A DNA stretch of 64,000 nt from a virus. Below, piece by piece: positions 46,666-57,097 of this stretch; position 1 is the first letter of the stretch; the number at the start of each line of letters is the position of its first letter. Location of the stretch: positions 6,029-70,028 of IMG/VR virus record IMGVR_UViG_3300025646_000032. One strand, given 5' to 3'. The translations under genes and the position numbers were made by a program. The notes beneath the pieces are model-generated. The model was not told the origin of the DNA. It saw nothing but the letters and a program-made list of their open reading frames with translations, and did no database searches.

Positions 46666-48117
46666 TCACTTAGCCGTAAAAACCTTAACACCATAGTGTT
46701 TTTCAAAGTCTTTTGCATTCTCTTCGGTGTTAACAATGGGCTGTCCTTTAATATTTAAACTTGTATTAAGTAACATAGGACACCCTGTTTTTTCTTTCCA
46801 TTTTGTAAGTAAGTTATACAAACCTGGGTGTTGCAATTTTGTTACTGTCTGCACTCTACTGGTTCCGTCTTGGTGTACAATAGCAGGGTATTTTTCAGGC
46901 TCTTTTGCTTCCACAATATATTGCATGTAAGGAGAGGTGAAGTGTGGACCAACTTTAAAATGATCTCTAACATCTTCCTGTCTAATAACAGGAGCAAAAG
47001 GACGATATTCCTGTCTGTTTTTAACTGTGTTTACTTTGTCCTTCATCTCTATACCTCTAGGATCAGCGAGAAGAGAACGATTACCTAAAGCACGTGGACC
47101 AAATTCAGCGCGGCCATTTGCCACACCACACATACCGGTTTTAATCAATTCTTTAAACACCTTGTCTACAGGATACTCACCCTCAATATTATGCCCCAAG
47201 TAAGGAGTTAACCAATTTGCTCTTTCTTTTGTTTGTGCTAAAATAGCACCTAACGAAGAGCCAGCGTCACCAGGGTTAGGCATAATCCAACTACTCTTAA
47301 AATAATCTGGAATAATTCTATTTGCCAGACAATTAAGAGCACACCCTCCCATAAAAACTAAATTTTCTTCACCTGTCAGTTCTTTTGCTGTTGTAAGTAT
47401 TCTTTTTAGATATACTTCATAAACCTTTTGTGTGGCAGCAGCAACATCAAAATAATCTTCCTCAGTAAGTTCTGGCTTCCACCATCTAATACCCCTGTGA
47501 AAATTATCGTGTAAAACAGATAGTTCCATAATTTCATCATAAAACCTATCAGGATTGCCGTAAGCAGCCATGCCCATTAAAATGTATTCGTCCTCATTTG
47601 CTTTTAGGCCAACTCTGTCTGTAAATGCACTGTAAAACAATCCTAATGATTTAGGATACTTCCAGCGATTTAAACATTTTAAGTCTGTATTAGTACCTTT
47701 CCAAATTGAGGTTGTGGTCCACTCTCCAATAGCATCAACAACTAAAACACAAGCGTTTGTAAAATGAGAAGTATAATAACCAGCAGAAGCGTGACTTGCA
47801 TGATGGTCTCCCCATACAACAACACTGTCAAAGATACCATAGCGTTCCATGTATTTCTTAGGTGATAACCAAATGTCTTTTTGACCAGCATAAAGTTTTC
47901 TTGTTGCTTTAACAAGAGGGTTTTCATACCAGTAAATTTTTTCAGGATATCCATATTCCATCGCCTCCCCAATTAAATAGTAATGTAAATCTTTATCGTT
48001 TTTCTTTCTAGAAAATCTTTCAGAGTGAGATGCAAAAAGAATATCATTTCCTTTCATCACTGTCAAAGATCCGTCATGTGTTCCTGCAGCTACACCCCAA
48101 ACTACTTTATCACTCAT
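46666..48117 (-). CDS. Carbamoyltransferase (NodU/CmcH/TobZ family)
   Basis: HDGS, ERFSR.KND, HHASHA, GGCALNC, EFGPRALGNRS, RPFAP, LNTSLN. Confidence 0.95.
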   Translation of the reverse strand: MSDKVVWGVAAGTHDGSLTVMKGNDILFASHSERFSRKKNDKDLHYYLIGEAMEYGYPEKIYWYENPLVKATRKLYAGQKDIWLSPKKYMERYGIFDSVVVWGDHHASHASAGYYTSHFTNACVLVVDAIGEWTTTSIWKGTNTDLKCLNRWKYPKSLGLFYSAFTDRVGLKANEDEYILMGMAAYGNPDRFYDEIMELSVLHDNFHRGIRWWKPELTEEDYFDVAAATQKVYEVYLKRILTTAKELTGEENLVFMGGCALNCLANRIIPDYFKSSWIMPNPGDAGSSLGAILAQTKERANWLTPYLGHNIEGEYPVDKVFKELIKTGMCGVANGRAEFGPRALGNRSLLADPRGIEMKDKVNTVKNRQEYRPFAPVIRQEDVRDHFKVGPHFTSPYMQYIVEAKEPEKYPAIVHQDGTSRVQTVTKLQHPGLYNLLTKWKEKTGCPMLLNTSLNIKGQPIVNTEENAKDFEKHYGVKVFTAK

Positions 48118-49625
48118 TCCCATTTCCTCCAAAAACTTGTAAACTCAGGGAACGTGTCTAAAAAGTTAGTTCCCCTCCTTTCGTCGTGTTGTTTGAAAAA
48201 CTTAACAAAGTTCTTTCTTGCAATATCAAGTTTTTCTCTAGGCATATTTCTTTCACGCATCCATTCTAGATTACGTTTAACTTTGGCAATCTCAAAGTCG
48301 TAAAAGCCTACAAAATCATCTACATTAGAATTGTGTTCCATAAACTCGATTGCTTCTTCTAAGTATTTTTCAAATTCTTCTGGCAAAGTATTAATACACT
48401 GCCATTCAGGATTTCTTAAAAGTGGAACATCGAACCAAATACGTTGTCTCGGGTGCACTTCAAAGTCCGGGTGAGTGTTATAAGGATCGTAGATGGGGAT
48501 CTTTTTAACACCTTGGTTTTGTCTTGAATACTCGTGTCGTAATTCTAAAATATACTCCAAGAATTCCTTAAAACTCGTTAAACTTAAACTGTTAAATGTA
48601 TTAATAAATGTAATGGTTGTATTACATGTATCCCCTAAAATACGTTCAACATTTGTTTGTAGTGTGTCATAATTTAAACCATTTCTAATATATTCTGCTT
48701 GTTTTCCTGCTCCGTCCAAACTTACAAATACTGCAAAGTTTTTCACTGCCATATTTACATACCAGTGATTGCCTGAACCGGGATTAAATCTGTCGCTTTG
48801 CCAAATTTGTATTTCTTCTAGTTTTTGAAGTTTTTCAACAAACATGTCCATCAGTTTAGGTTTATCGGGACACATATTGCTTGTAACACTTACTTCTAGC
48901 CAAGCGTTTGGATTTTCATAAATGTAATCCAACACCTTGTAAGTATTACTATCCATTAATGGCTCTCCTCCAGTCATACGAAAAACTTCTAGTGTTTTAT
49001 ATAACTCTGGCCACCATTTCCAAAAAGCAGTTACATAAGGATTTTCATCCTGTGCAACTTTAATAGGCATTAAATCAATTTTTTCTAAATGAGCAATGTC
49101 ATTGTGTTTCGTAGAATGCCCGTCTTGTCCAATAATATTGTAAGGACCTTCTTTTTTAACTTCTCGTTCCCATGTAGTAGACAAGTGAGGGGAACAATAA
49201 CTGCATTTAAAGTTACATGCCTGATTAAAATTAACTTCAACATAACGTGGATTAATGTTACCAATATCTAAGGTTTCGATTATATCTTTTCTGGCATTTT
49301 GAGCCCAGTATTCTCCACTTCGGTAAATACGATCACTTCTTCCCCCAACGTCCTCAATCTTCCAACAATAAGAACACCCAGCTGGACGTTTTCCTTCCAA
49401 CATCATTTTGCGTTCTTCTTTTTTCTGTTTTGTATTGTGCAGAGCAGAAGGATTGTCTTGTATTTCTAAGACATCAATTTTATGTGTAGGGGGGTGATAA
49501 CAGCTATGTGTTTGTCCGTTAGTAAGGTGCATGGATACCTGCGCCCACTTTGCGTAACACATGGTTTTAGAAATATTTCGAAGCTGCTTTTCTGCCTGAT
49601 CAGCAGCGCTGCCATAATCACTCAT
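48114..49625 (-). CDS. Radical SAM protein with N-terminal twitch/SPASM-like domain, paralog 1
   Basis: CNFKCSYC, TGGEPL; N-terminal C..W..SCYHP..CSYCW. Confidence 0.9.
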   Translation of the reverse strand: MSDYGSAADQAEKQLRNISKTMCYAKWAQVSMHLTNGQTHSCYHPPTHKIDVLEIQDNPSALHNTKQKKEERKMMLEGKRPAGCSYCWKIEDVGGRSDRIYRSGEYWAQNARKDIIETLDIGNINPRYVEVNFNQACNFKCSYCSPHLSTTWEREVKKEGPYNIIGQDGHSTKHNDIAHLEKIDLMPIKVAQDENPYVTAFWKWWPELYKTLEVFRMTGGEPLMDSNTYKVLDYIYENPNAWLEVSVTSNMCPDKPKLMDMFVEKLQKLEEIQIWQSDRFNPGSGNHWYVNMAVKNFAVFVSLDGAGKQAEYIRNGLNYDTLQTNVERILGDTCNTTITFINTFNSLSLTSFKEFLEYILELRHEYSRQNQGVKKIPIYDPYNTHPDFEVHPRQRIWFDVPLLRNPEWQCINTLPEEFEKYLEEAIEFMEHNSNVDDFVGFYDFEIAKVKRNLEWMRERNMPREKLDIARKNFVKFFKQHDERRGTNFLDTFPEFTSFWRKWE

Positions 49626-49640
49626 AATATAATCTTTTCT

Positions 49641-49754
49641 TTAGTCGTAAATAAAGGGATCTCGGTCTTTTAGTTCCTTAATTCTTTTTTCAAGTTCTTT
49701 TTTGGCTTTTCTGTCGAGCCACCAATTTTTAATTTTATTCCACAATTTTTTCAT
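49641..49754 (-). CDS. Small basic protein (37 aa) ending RDPFIYD
   Basis: Below ORF-track cutoff; MKKLWNKIKNWWLDRKAKKELEKRIKELKDRDPFIYD; TAATG coupling to the upstream ORF. Confidence 0.6.
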   Translation of the reverse strand: MKKLWNKIKNWWLDRKAKKELEKRIKELKDRDPFIYD

Positions 49755-50005
49755 TAAAATATTTTCCTTAAATCATATCCAACGGGATTGACAACTTTTA
49801 TTTCATGTCGCATGCCGTTTTCTTCAATAAACACCATATGAAGGTGTGATAACTTTTTTATACGCTTGACGATATACGTCTTGGGAGACACTGTTTCCAA
49901 CCTGGTTCCGTCAGGCAAAACTTTTGTTTCTGCGGGAAAGTATATTGTTAACTCCCATCTCTCTAAAAATAGCTTTTTAAAAAAGTTTTTTAATGTTTCC
50001 TTCAT
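49754..50005 (-). CDS. Hypothetical protein
   Basis: 83 aa; TATAAATA at 50012-50019 upstream. Confidence 0.6.
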   Translation of the reverse strand: MKETLKNFFKKLFLERWELTIYFPAETKVLPDGTRLETVSPKTYIVKRIKKLSHLHMVFIEENGMRHEIKVVNPVGYDLRKIF

Positions 50006-50014
50006 ACAATTTAT

Positions 50015-50959
50015 TTATAACGGAAACTTCTTTTTAATATGACTAGCAGTAGATCTCATTACCTCAGCACCAGGGTGTAACAAATCTCTTGCTCTGTCTG
50101 CCTTAGAACCTAAATACGGAACATAATCTACTCTTGCAGCGTGTGCGGCACTCTGGAACCATGAAAAATGATAATTTGGGACACCTGCCATATCACACAT
50201 TTGCTGTATTACAGAAGCAGTAAAGTAGTTTCTTCCCACTTCATTAGACTTTGACAAAAAGTGTGCTAAGTATTGTTGAGTTTTATTTTCTCCGTGTATG
50301 ATTGTTTCTTTTTCTGGATAATTAGCAACATCCCAAGGACCAATACCATAAGCTCGCATATCTTCAAACGTTAATGCTCTATCTGTTGTTGTATATGAAA
50401 CAATAACACCTGCTGGCATTGGAAAATATTTAAACAACATTGTTAGGTTGTATAAAATATGTTCGTTAGATCCTCCAGGATAACCTAAATTGATAAAAGG
50501 TCTACCGTTATATGCATCTGCTAATGCAGCATCAAGTGTTTCAAACTCAGACAAGCCTGTTCCAAAAACACAAGAGCAACCCAATACAACGACGCTGTTT
50601 TCCCAATCTATTTTTTCCCAAGGTTGTGCTCTATAACCATTGTTATTTAAATTATAAAACACCTCTTGTGTTCGGTACTTCCAATCATCAGGTTGTGTTT
50701 TTAGGTTATGTTGAAATTTATTTTCGTCGTCTCCTGTTGAAAACTTATAAGCACCTTTTGGCGTCTCATTACAAGGCTCTTGGTAAACGAAGGGATAAGT
50801 TTCCTGTAAGAAAATAGGTACTGGAAAAACATCACAATCAGGAAAAAATTTTTCTTCTTCATGGATTTTTTTTCTTCTTTCAACAGGGATATCTTTTGTA
50901 ATTGTCCAAAAAATATTGGGCTGGTATTGCAATCCATTTGTTTTATAATCACGCTTCAT
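50015..50959 (-). CDS. SGNH/GDSL-like protein
   Basis: LGCSCVFG, NLGYPGGSN, D.LHPG. Confidence 0.65.
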   Translation of the reverse strand: MKRDYKTNGLQYQPNIFWTITKDIPVERRKKIHEEEKFFPDCDVFPVPIFLQETYPFVYQEPCNETPKGAYKFSTGDDENKFQHNLKTQPDDWKYRTQEVFYNLNNNGYRAQPWEKIDWENSVVVLGCSCVFGTGLSEFETLDAALADAYNGRPFINLGYPGGSNEHILYNLTMLFKYFPMPAGVIVSYTTTDRALTFEDMRAYGIGPWDVANYPEKETIIHGENKTQQYLAHFLSKSNEVGRNYFTASVIQQMCDMAGVPNYHFSWFQSAAHAARVDYVPYLGSKADRARDLLHPGAEVMRSTASHIKKKFPL

Positions 50960-51899
50960 TTTTAATCTTCTCATATAATTTTTCTGCAAACAATTTATGT
51001 CCTTTGATAGAAGGATGCGCACAAGGTGTAACCCACCCACCAGGCGATCCTTTTCCCATGTAACCATAATAAGAGTTTCTATCCAACCCTTCTGCTTGTT
51101 CTACCAAATTCATAAATGTAAGTTCGCCATCTGGTTTCCACATATATTGATGCGGCCAATTCTTTTTATAAAACTCTTTAGCTTTGCCGTTATAGTGCTG
51201 TTCATAAAGAGCATAGTCATAAGCAGGAACGATAATAAGTTTCCATTTTGCTCCTGTCGATTTTAACCAAGTTTCTAAAATTCTTACTTGTAAAACCTGT
51301 TCTTGTAAAATGTTTAAATCTGACAACAAATAATGTTTGTATGCTCCCCACAAATTGCTTCTCCAAATATCTTCAGGAAAACTATCTTCGTGCGGCCACA
51401 TTGTAATAAAGTTATGATGATCATTAAGAGTCTTTTGAAAGAAATCAAAACGTTCAACACCTGCTGGGGTGTAAATAACAATAATTTCCTCTAAACGATG
51501 TAACAGTAATTCGGGGTGTGTAAACAGTTGACTAATACTTGCTCTATTACCGTTGCCTCGCATACCAAAGTTAATACCTGCATGATCTCCTAACATCTCT
51601 GCAAGCTGATAAGAATATGCCCGACGTCTTTCGTGCAAATGAAAATCTAATGTTGTGCCATTTTGCATCCAACGAAGAGTTTTAACATCATGATATTTGG
51701 TTCTAACTTCACTTTGTTGTTCTCTGGTTAGTTTATCCCATTTGAGTGTGTTAGCGCCATCTATATACCAAGGATAATTATTAAGGATTTCTTCTTCAAT
51801 GGCTCCTTGTCCATCTGAAAATGAACACCCAAAGCCAATAACAGCCTTCCTGTGTTTTATAATGTCATCGTTGACACGGGTATACTCATCCTTCCACAT
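50949..51899 (-). CDS. SGNH/GDSL-like protein
   Basis: FGCSFSDG, NFG..G.GN, HPS.KGH. Confidence 0.65.
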   Translation of the reverse strand: MWKDEYTRVNDDIIKHRKAVIGFGCSFSDGQGAIEEEILNNYPWYIDGANTLKWDKLTREQQSEVRTKYHDVKTLRWMQNGTTLDFHLHERRRAYSYQLAEMLGDHAGINFGMRGNGNRASISQLFTHPELLLHRLEEIIVIYTPAGVERFDFFQKTLNDHHNFITMWPHEDSFPEDIWRSNLWGAYKHYLLSDLNILQEQVLQVRILETWLKSTGAKWKLIIVPAYDYALYEQHYNGKAKEFYKKNWPHQYMWKPDGELTFMNLVEQAEGLDRNSYYGYMGKGSPGGWVTPCAHPSIKGHKLFAEKLYEKIKNEA

Positions 51900-53202
51900 G
51901 AAAATATTCCTTATAGTAATTAATTAATTCAATCATAGAGTCAGGTAAGTATTCTTCTGAGTTTCTTTTTAGAACCTTTCTATTATGTTTTAAAATATCT
52001 TCCATACCTGCAAACCACTCTAGTTTATCTTCTATTGCATCAATTCGCTGTAGCTCTTTAGCAATGGCATTTAATCTTTCCCATGTAGGCAGCGTATCGT
52101 AAGTTTCATCAATAAAAGGATGAAATGTTTTGTAACCAAACTCTTTTAAATAACGTAAGGAGTCACGATTGCCAAATACAATAAAAGGATGCTCACACGC
52201 AATAGATTTAAATGTTTTTTCACTTAAAAAGCATGTTTGATCCGCATCAGCAAAAGAAGCTTCACTTACTACACTAACATAGGTATCTAATACTACATCA
52301 CTATTAAATCTAGTAATATAGTAGCCATCATCTTTTTCATTATTAGCTACACCGTATGCTTTTAATGGTAATCCTTTATTATACAACAAACAATGTTCGT
52401 TGTCAATACCTTTAGTTTCCATAAACGTTTGATCTGATTGAAATTCGTTCATACTACAAAGACCCTTATCAACTAAGTCATGATCGTACAAAGTTTTAAA
52501 CAACCAGGTTCTATGAGGACGAACTCTTTTTTGTAACGCATTAAAAGTCTTACAATCATTTGTCGCCTTGTAAGCCATATGATCTTCAAACGTTGGTAAC
52601 GGATCTTTTTTATGAATTCTAACTTCATTAACAGCAGTTACATGAATCATATTTTCAAAGTGTGTGTGAGGAATAACTTTTATTCTATTAACAAGACCAT
52701 GTGTATTTGCCCACGCTGTGTATTGTTCTTTTGCTTTACAGTTACCAGTAACATAAACAACTGCTTTAGGATTGATTAAATACATTTCACAAGAGTTATG
52801 AAACCAACTCCACAACCATTCTGTTTGATAGCCTTCATGACTTTGATCCAAAACAAGCATTGCGTTGCCTTTTTGTAAATCAGTCATTTGTTCGTAATCT
52901 AAACAGTCAAAAACATTTTTTCTGTTTGGGTGTTGAGGGTGTGCCCCTTGACCAATATTGTCTGGGCCGCACCATTCGTGAGGATTATGATTTACTGCTG
53001 TTGAAATAACATACTTTTCTTTTTTGCTTGTAGAAAAGTCTTCAAAAGAAGCATTTTTGTATTTTTCTTTTGTTTGCCAATAACGAACAAGTGTAGTGGT
53101 TATTGGACATGGTGTAAAGCGCTGTAATCCTGACAGATTTAAGTTTTCTTCATCTTGAGGAAAGCATAATAGATTCACTCTGTCCTTAAATCTAAAATTC
53201 AT
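51886..53202 (-). CDS. Hypothetical protein, possibly glycosyltransferase-related
   Basis: VVSEA..FLSEKTFK.I...HPF..G...L..L...GYKTF..FIDE.YD C-terminal motif. Confidence 0.55.
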   Translation of the reverse strand: MNFRFKDRVNLLCFPQDEENLNLSGLQRFTPCPITTTLVRYWQTKEKYKNASFEDFSTSKKEKYVISTAVNHNPHEWCGPDNIGQGAHPQHPNRKNVFDCLDYEQMTDLQKGNAMLVLDQSHEGYQTEWLWSWFHNSCEMYLINPKAVVYVTGNCKAKEQYTAWANTHGLVNRIKVIPHTHFENMIHVTAVNEVRIHKKDPLPTFEDHMAYKATNDCKTFNALQKRVRPHRTWLFKTLYDHDLVDKGLCSMNEFQSDQTFMETKGIDNEHCLLYNKGLPLKAYGVANNEKDDGYYITRFNSDVVLDTYVSVVSEASFADADQTCFLSEKTFKSIACEHPFIVFGNRDSLRYLKEFGYKTFHPFIDETYDTLPTWERLNAIAKELQRIDAIEDKLEWFAGMEDILKHNRKVLKRNSEEYLPDSMIELINYYKEYFHVEG

Positions 53203-54206
53203 TACATGAGACCCTCGGACCATGTTTTAGGAGTTTTTTCATTTTTAATCTCAACTGGCAAATTATAATTAAAGGGTTTAGGTCCTTTATCTTTTATATA
53301 TTGTACCACAGACTCTACCATTTCTTCTACTGTAGTGTTTGTCTTAAAATGCAATAGTTTTCTAGCTTTATCAGCAGAACAATTTGCATGTTTTACTTCT
53401 TGAGGTCTGTCGTCCATATAAATTGGTTCTGCATTTACACCAGTTTTGTCTGCAACTAAATTAGCTAAATCGTTAATTGTAATGCTACCTTCGTCCGGGC
53501 CGATGTTAATAACTTCTTCGTTAATGTCATCTCTAAAAATCATTTCCATTAAACATCTAACGCAATCGTCAACATAAGAAAAACATCTAGTTTGTTCACC
53601 GTCGCCGTAAATAATAGAAGGCTTACCCATTAAGTTTCTATTAGCCATAATGCTCATAACATTTCTAAAAGGATCGTCATAACGTTGTTTAGGTCCAACG
53701 ATATTATGAGGCACCGCAATATTCCATTTCATTCCGTGAACTTTGCTTAATATTTTTAACACATCTTCAGCCGCTACTTTTGCAACAGCGTAAGGATCAA
53801 CTGGCTGTGGTGTCATATCCTCGGTAAAGGGGGACTCTTGATTTCCATATCTAGCCATTGAGCTACAAAAAATAAATTTCTTAACATTATTAGCAACAGC
53901 GGCTGACATTGTAGTAACAGACGCTTCAAAAATATTTTTTGTAATAAATGAAGGTGAGAATACTGATAATCCTTCGTGTGCAGTGGCTGCTGCGTGTACG
54001 ACAACATCAACCCCCTCCATTAAACGATTCATTTCATTAAAGTCACAACAATCTACAACTTCCCAATGAATATGGGAAGGAACATTGTCTGCATAACCCC
54101 CAATAAGAGAATCATTTCCGATAATGTCTGCTTCTGTCATAGCAGAAAGTTTTTCTGCTAAATGACTACCTAAAAAACCTGCAATTCCTGTAATTAAAAT
54201 TTTCAT
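53202..54206 (-). CDS. NAD-dependent epimerase/dehydratase
   Basis: ITGIAGFLGSHL, YAVAK, HNIVGP, RCFSYV. Confidence 0.9.
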   Translation of the reverse strand: MKILITGIAGFLGSHLAEKLSAMTEADIIGNDSLIGGYADNVPSHIHWEVVDCCDFNEMNRLMEGVDVVVHAAATAHEGLSVFSPSFITKNIFEASVTTMSAAVANNVKKFIFCSSMARYGNQESPFTEDMTPQPVDPYAVAKVAAEDVLKILSKVHGMKWNIAVPHNIVGPKQRYDDPFRNVMSIMANRNLMGKPSIIYGDGEQTRCFSYVDDCVRCLMEMIFRDDINEEVINIGPDEGSITINDLANLVADKTGVNAEPIYMDDRPQEVKHANCSADKARKLLHFKTNTTVEEMVESVVQYIKDKGPKPFNYNLPVEIKNEKTPKTWSEGLM

Positions 54207-55021
54207 AAGTCTAAAACTTCTATTAGTCTCCTAGAAAAAACGATATTGGCTTTTCTTGTTGCATGAGATCGAGGAGCAATCCATTTTTCAACGGTCTCGT
54301 TTCTTATATTATCTCGGTTAGCATCCATAGTATCATGTGGTTGTGTACTTAATGGCAAACCTGCCTTCTGACAAAGCCATTGGTAATAATTGTTAGAGCC
54401 ATCTACTGTAATATAATATTCCCAACCCATTCTTTTAAACAGACCCTCGTTCATTTTATATATGCCCTGCGTCGAGGGAGTTTTACGAAAATCTTTCATA
54501 ATTTTCCGTGTGGTTTCATCATTAAAGGCAGGAAAAATAAATAATTTGTTAAAACCTTTTGCGTCATAAAAGTTTTTTAGAATTTGATAGGCTGTTAAAA
54601 AATCTTGCCTAACAGTCTGTGGGTTAGTAAAATCTACTAAAGCTGACTCTAATTTCTTTCTACTTTCACTCCATTGTTCGTAAGGTTGTTTATTAGGAAA
54701 TGGTGTAAATATTGGAGAGTTTCGTACTACACCCCAATTATCATCAGGATTCCATAATCTGTTGGCCATATCAAATCGATTTAAACCAGTAGGCATCCAG
54801 AAAATATATTTATTATTCCATTGACTCCAATCAATATCGTAAATAAGTGCTTTATATACACTCCCTAGATTGCCAATGCCTTCGTGTCCCATATTAACAC
54901 AATCAAATCCTTTTTGATTGCAGTATTGGTTCAAAAAAGAGTGCTCTGCGCCACCAGCTTCTGATCCTTGTAAATAAGAATCTCCCAATCCCAGTATAAC
55001 AGTATCTGAATTAGCTAACAT
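54203..55021 (-). CDS. SGNH/GDSL-like protein
   Basis: LGDSYLQG, NMG..G.GN, C-terminal H. Confidence 0.6.
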   Translation of the reverse strand: MLANSDTVILGLGDSYLQGSEAGGAEHSFLNQYCNQKGFDCVNMGHEGIGNLGSVYKALIYDIDWSQWNNKYIFWMPTGLNRFDMANRLWNPDDNWGVVRNSPIFTPFPNKQPYEQWSESRKKLESALVDFTNPQTVRQDFLTAYQILKNFYDAKGFNKLFIFPAFNDETTRKIMKDFRKTPSTQGIYKMNEGLFKRMGWEYYITVDGSNNYYQWLCQKAGLPLSTQPHDTMDANRDNIRNETVEKWIAPRSHATRKANIVFSRRLIEVLDL

Positions 55022-56504
55022 TTACAATATCTATTCTATCTCTTGTTCTTTCTTCAGCAAGGCCTTTACAAAGATCCCAAAAAGAACTCATGTCTGGAAA
55101 GGTTTCTAAAAAGTTTGTATTTCTTCTGCGATCAATTTCTGTAAACCAGTTATAAAAATCGATTCTGCCTTGTTTTACTTTTTCCTCATCATATTGTACT
55201 TCTGCAAAGTAATCCCTTACACGACGAAAACGTTCATACTCAATATTACTAAATTTAGTGGTATCGTTGTCGTCTCTATTGTCATTAATAAACTGCAAAA
55301 TTTTATCAAAGTGAGGTAAGTATTCTTCTTTTGGTAAAATGTGCATATCGTATTGTAATGGCTCTTTTAGATATGGTGTGTCAAATCTAATTTTTCTATC
55401 TTGAGGATTTTTAGGATCAAGAACAGGAATCACATCATCATACAATTCTCTCCAATCTAAAATCTTTTGCAAGTAGTCTGTAAAAGAAGTCACTGACAAA
55501 ATATTAAATGTACACATGTGAGTGATATGACTTTTAACACCTCTTACATAAATGTCTTGATTCTTTTCCCAAGTCTCGATATCTAAACCAGTTCGCAAAT
55601 ACTCAGCACGTTTGCCCCAAGTATCCATGCTTGTAAACATTTTAAACTTACGAATTTTTTTCGTGTCTAATAATTCAGTGATTTTAGGCACGAGCTTCTG
55701 AACATGTCTAGAGGACATACCTAAATTACTATTAACATTGATTTCTAAGTGTGGTTTTGGATTCTCTTTCAAATCCTCAAACAAGCGCCATGTAGATTTA
55801 TGTAACAATGGCTCGCCACCTGTAATACGAAGAATGTTCAACGTTTTAGACATCTCTGGCCACCATTCCCACCACGCTTTAACAAAAGGATTATTATCTT
55901 CGTCTTTTAATGATGACAAAAGAGAACTTTTTTCAATATAATCAATATCTAAGGCATGATTTTTAACCATATTGTAAGGACCAAACTTTTTAATCTCATT
56001 ATAAAAGCTCGTACTTACAGCAGGGTGGCAATAGCCACATTTAAAGTTACATTCATTGTGAAAAGCAACTTCAATATATTCGGGATTAACGTCATAATCC
56101 CAAGGCATGTTTTTAATCTCTTCTACACGTTCTGGTGTGTAGATACTAGAGTTACGAATTTTTCTATCGCTAATATGTTGTTGTTCGTAAGGTGTTTCGG
56201 GAGTATCTAAACTTTCAACATTCCAACAATACTTACAACCATCAGGTTTTTCACCAACAAGCATTTCTGCTCGTTCTTTCTTCTTCTGTCTTGTATTGTG
56301 TAGTGCTGCTGGGTTTATTTTAATATCTTCTACTGAGATATCATGAGGGCGAGGATGGTAACAACTATGTGTTTGCCCCGAATACATGTAAATTGAGGTA
56401 TGATGCCATTTTGCTAAACAAAAAGTTGGGCTAAACTCTTTTTCAAGTTTAGCAGTTCTTTGTTTAATACCATCAACATCAGATTCATATTCTTTTTTAG
56501 CCAT
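55011..56504 (-). CDS. Radical SAM protein with N-terminal twitch/SPASM-like domain, paralog 2
   Basis: CNFKCGYC, TGGEPL; clearly similar to 48114..49625. Confidence 0.9.
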   Translation of the reverse strand: MAKKEYESDVDGIKQRTAKLEKEFSPTFCLAKWHHTSIYMYSGQTHSCYHPRPHDISVEDIKINPAALHNTRQKKKERAEMLVGEKPDGCKYCWNVESLDTPETPYEQQHISDRKIRNSSIYTPERVEEIKNMPWDYDVNPEYIEVAFHNECNFKCGYCHPAVSTSFYNEIKKFGPYNMVKNHALDIDYIEKSSLLSSLKDEDNNPFVKAWWEWWPEMSKTLNILRITGGEPLLHKSTWRLFEDLKENPKPHLEINVNSNLGMSSRHVQKLVPKITELLDTKKIRKFKMFTSMDTWGKRAEYLRTGLDIETWEKNQDIYVRGVKSHITHMCTFNILSVTSFTDYLQKILDWRELYDDVIPVLDPKNPQDRKIRFDTPYLKEPLQYDMHILPKEEYLPHFDKILQFINDNRDDNDTTKFSNIEYERFRRVRDYFAEVQYDEEKVKQGRIDFYNWFTEIDRRRNTNFLETFPDMSSFWDLCKGLAEERTRDRIDIVNVS

Positions 56505-57096
56505 TCTTTCTTCCAATAATCATAAATCTTTTCATCTCACCCAAATCAAGTGTTCCACTATAGAAAGGCAATACTTTAGATTGCTCCACAAACTCTTCAA
56601 TGCTGTCTGCGGTTCTAACGTGTTCTTCTAAAGCAAAATTATTACTTTGTAGGATATAGTAAGTATTTATGGGAATATTATTATACCATTTATCGTATTC
56701 TTCTTGTGTGATGTGTTCGCAGCTTGTATTAATTACAAGACCAGGACGAGCGATATATTCATAATCAACCATATCGCATGTAACAGGGAAAATTTTATCT
56801 TGTTTTGTGGTTACTTGTTTAACAACTTTAACACACTCAGGATCTTTGTCAACTGTAACAATGTCATTACACATTTTGTTATCTCTAAAAAGTCCTGCTA
56901 GTATTCCGTACCAACCTCCAAAAATAACCACTTGACCAGTAATTATGTCTGGCAAGTAAAATCTCGTTTGAGTGATAAGCCAATCTTTTGACTTTAATTG
57001 AGAAGGGAAAAAACAGTCTGAGAATCTTTGACTTAAATGATTTTGGTATCGCACATAATCGAACCAAAGGGAAACTCTTTCGGGCCTAATAACCAT
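56497..57096 (-). CDS. Class I SAM-dependent methyltransferase-like protein
   Basis: SK.WL, IFGGWYG, VDKDP, INTSCEH, QSNN, RFMIIG. Confidence 0.7.
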   Translation of the reverse strand: MVIRPERVSLWFDYVRYQNHLSQRFSDCFFPSQLKSKDWLITQTRFYLPDIITGQVVIFGGWYGILAGLFRDNKMCNDIVTVDKDPECVKVVKQVTTKQDKIFPVTCDMVDYEYIARPGLVINTSCEHITQEEYDKWYNNIPINTYYILQSNNFALEEHVRTADSIEEFVEQSKVLPFYSGTLDLGEMKRFMIIGRKNG

Positions 57097-57097
57097 T

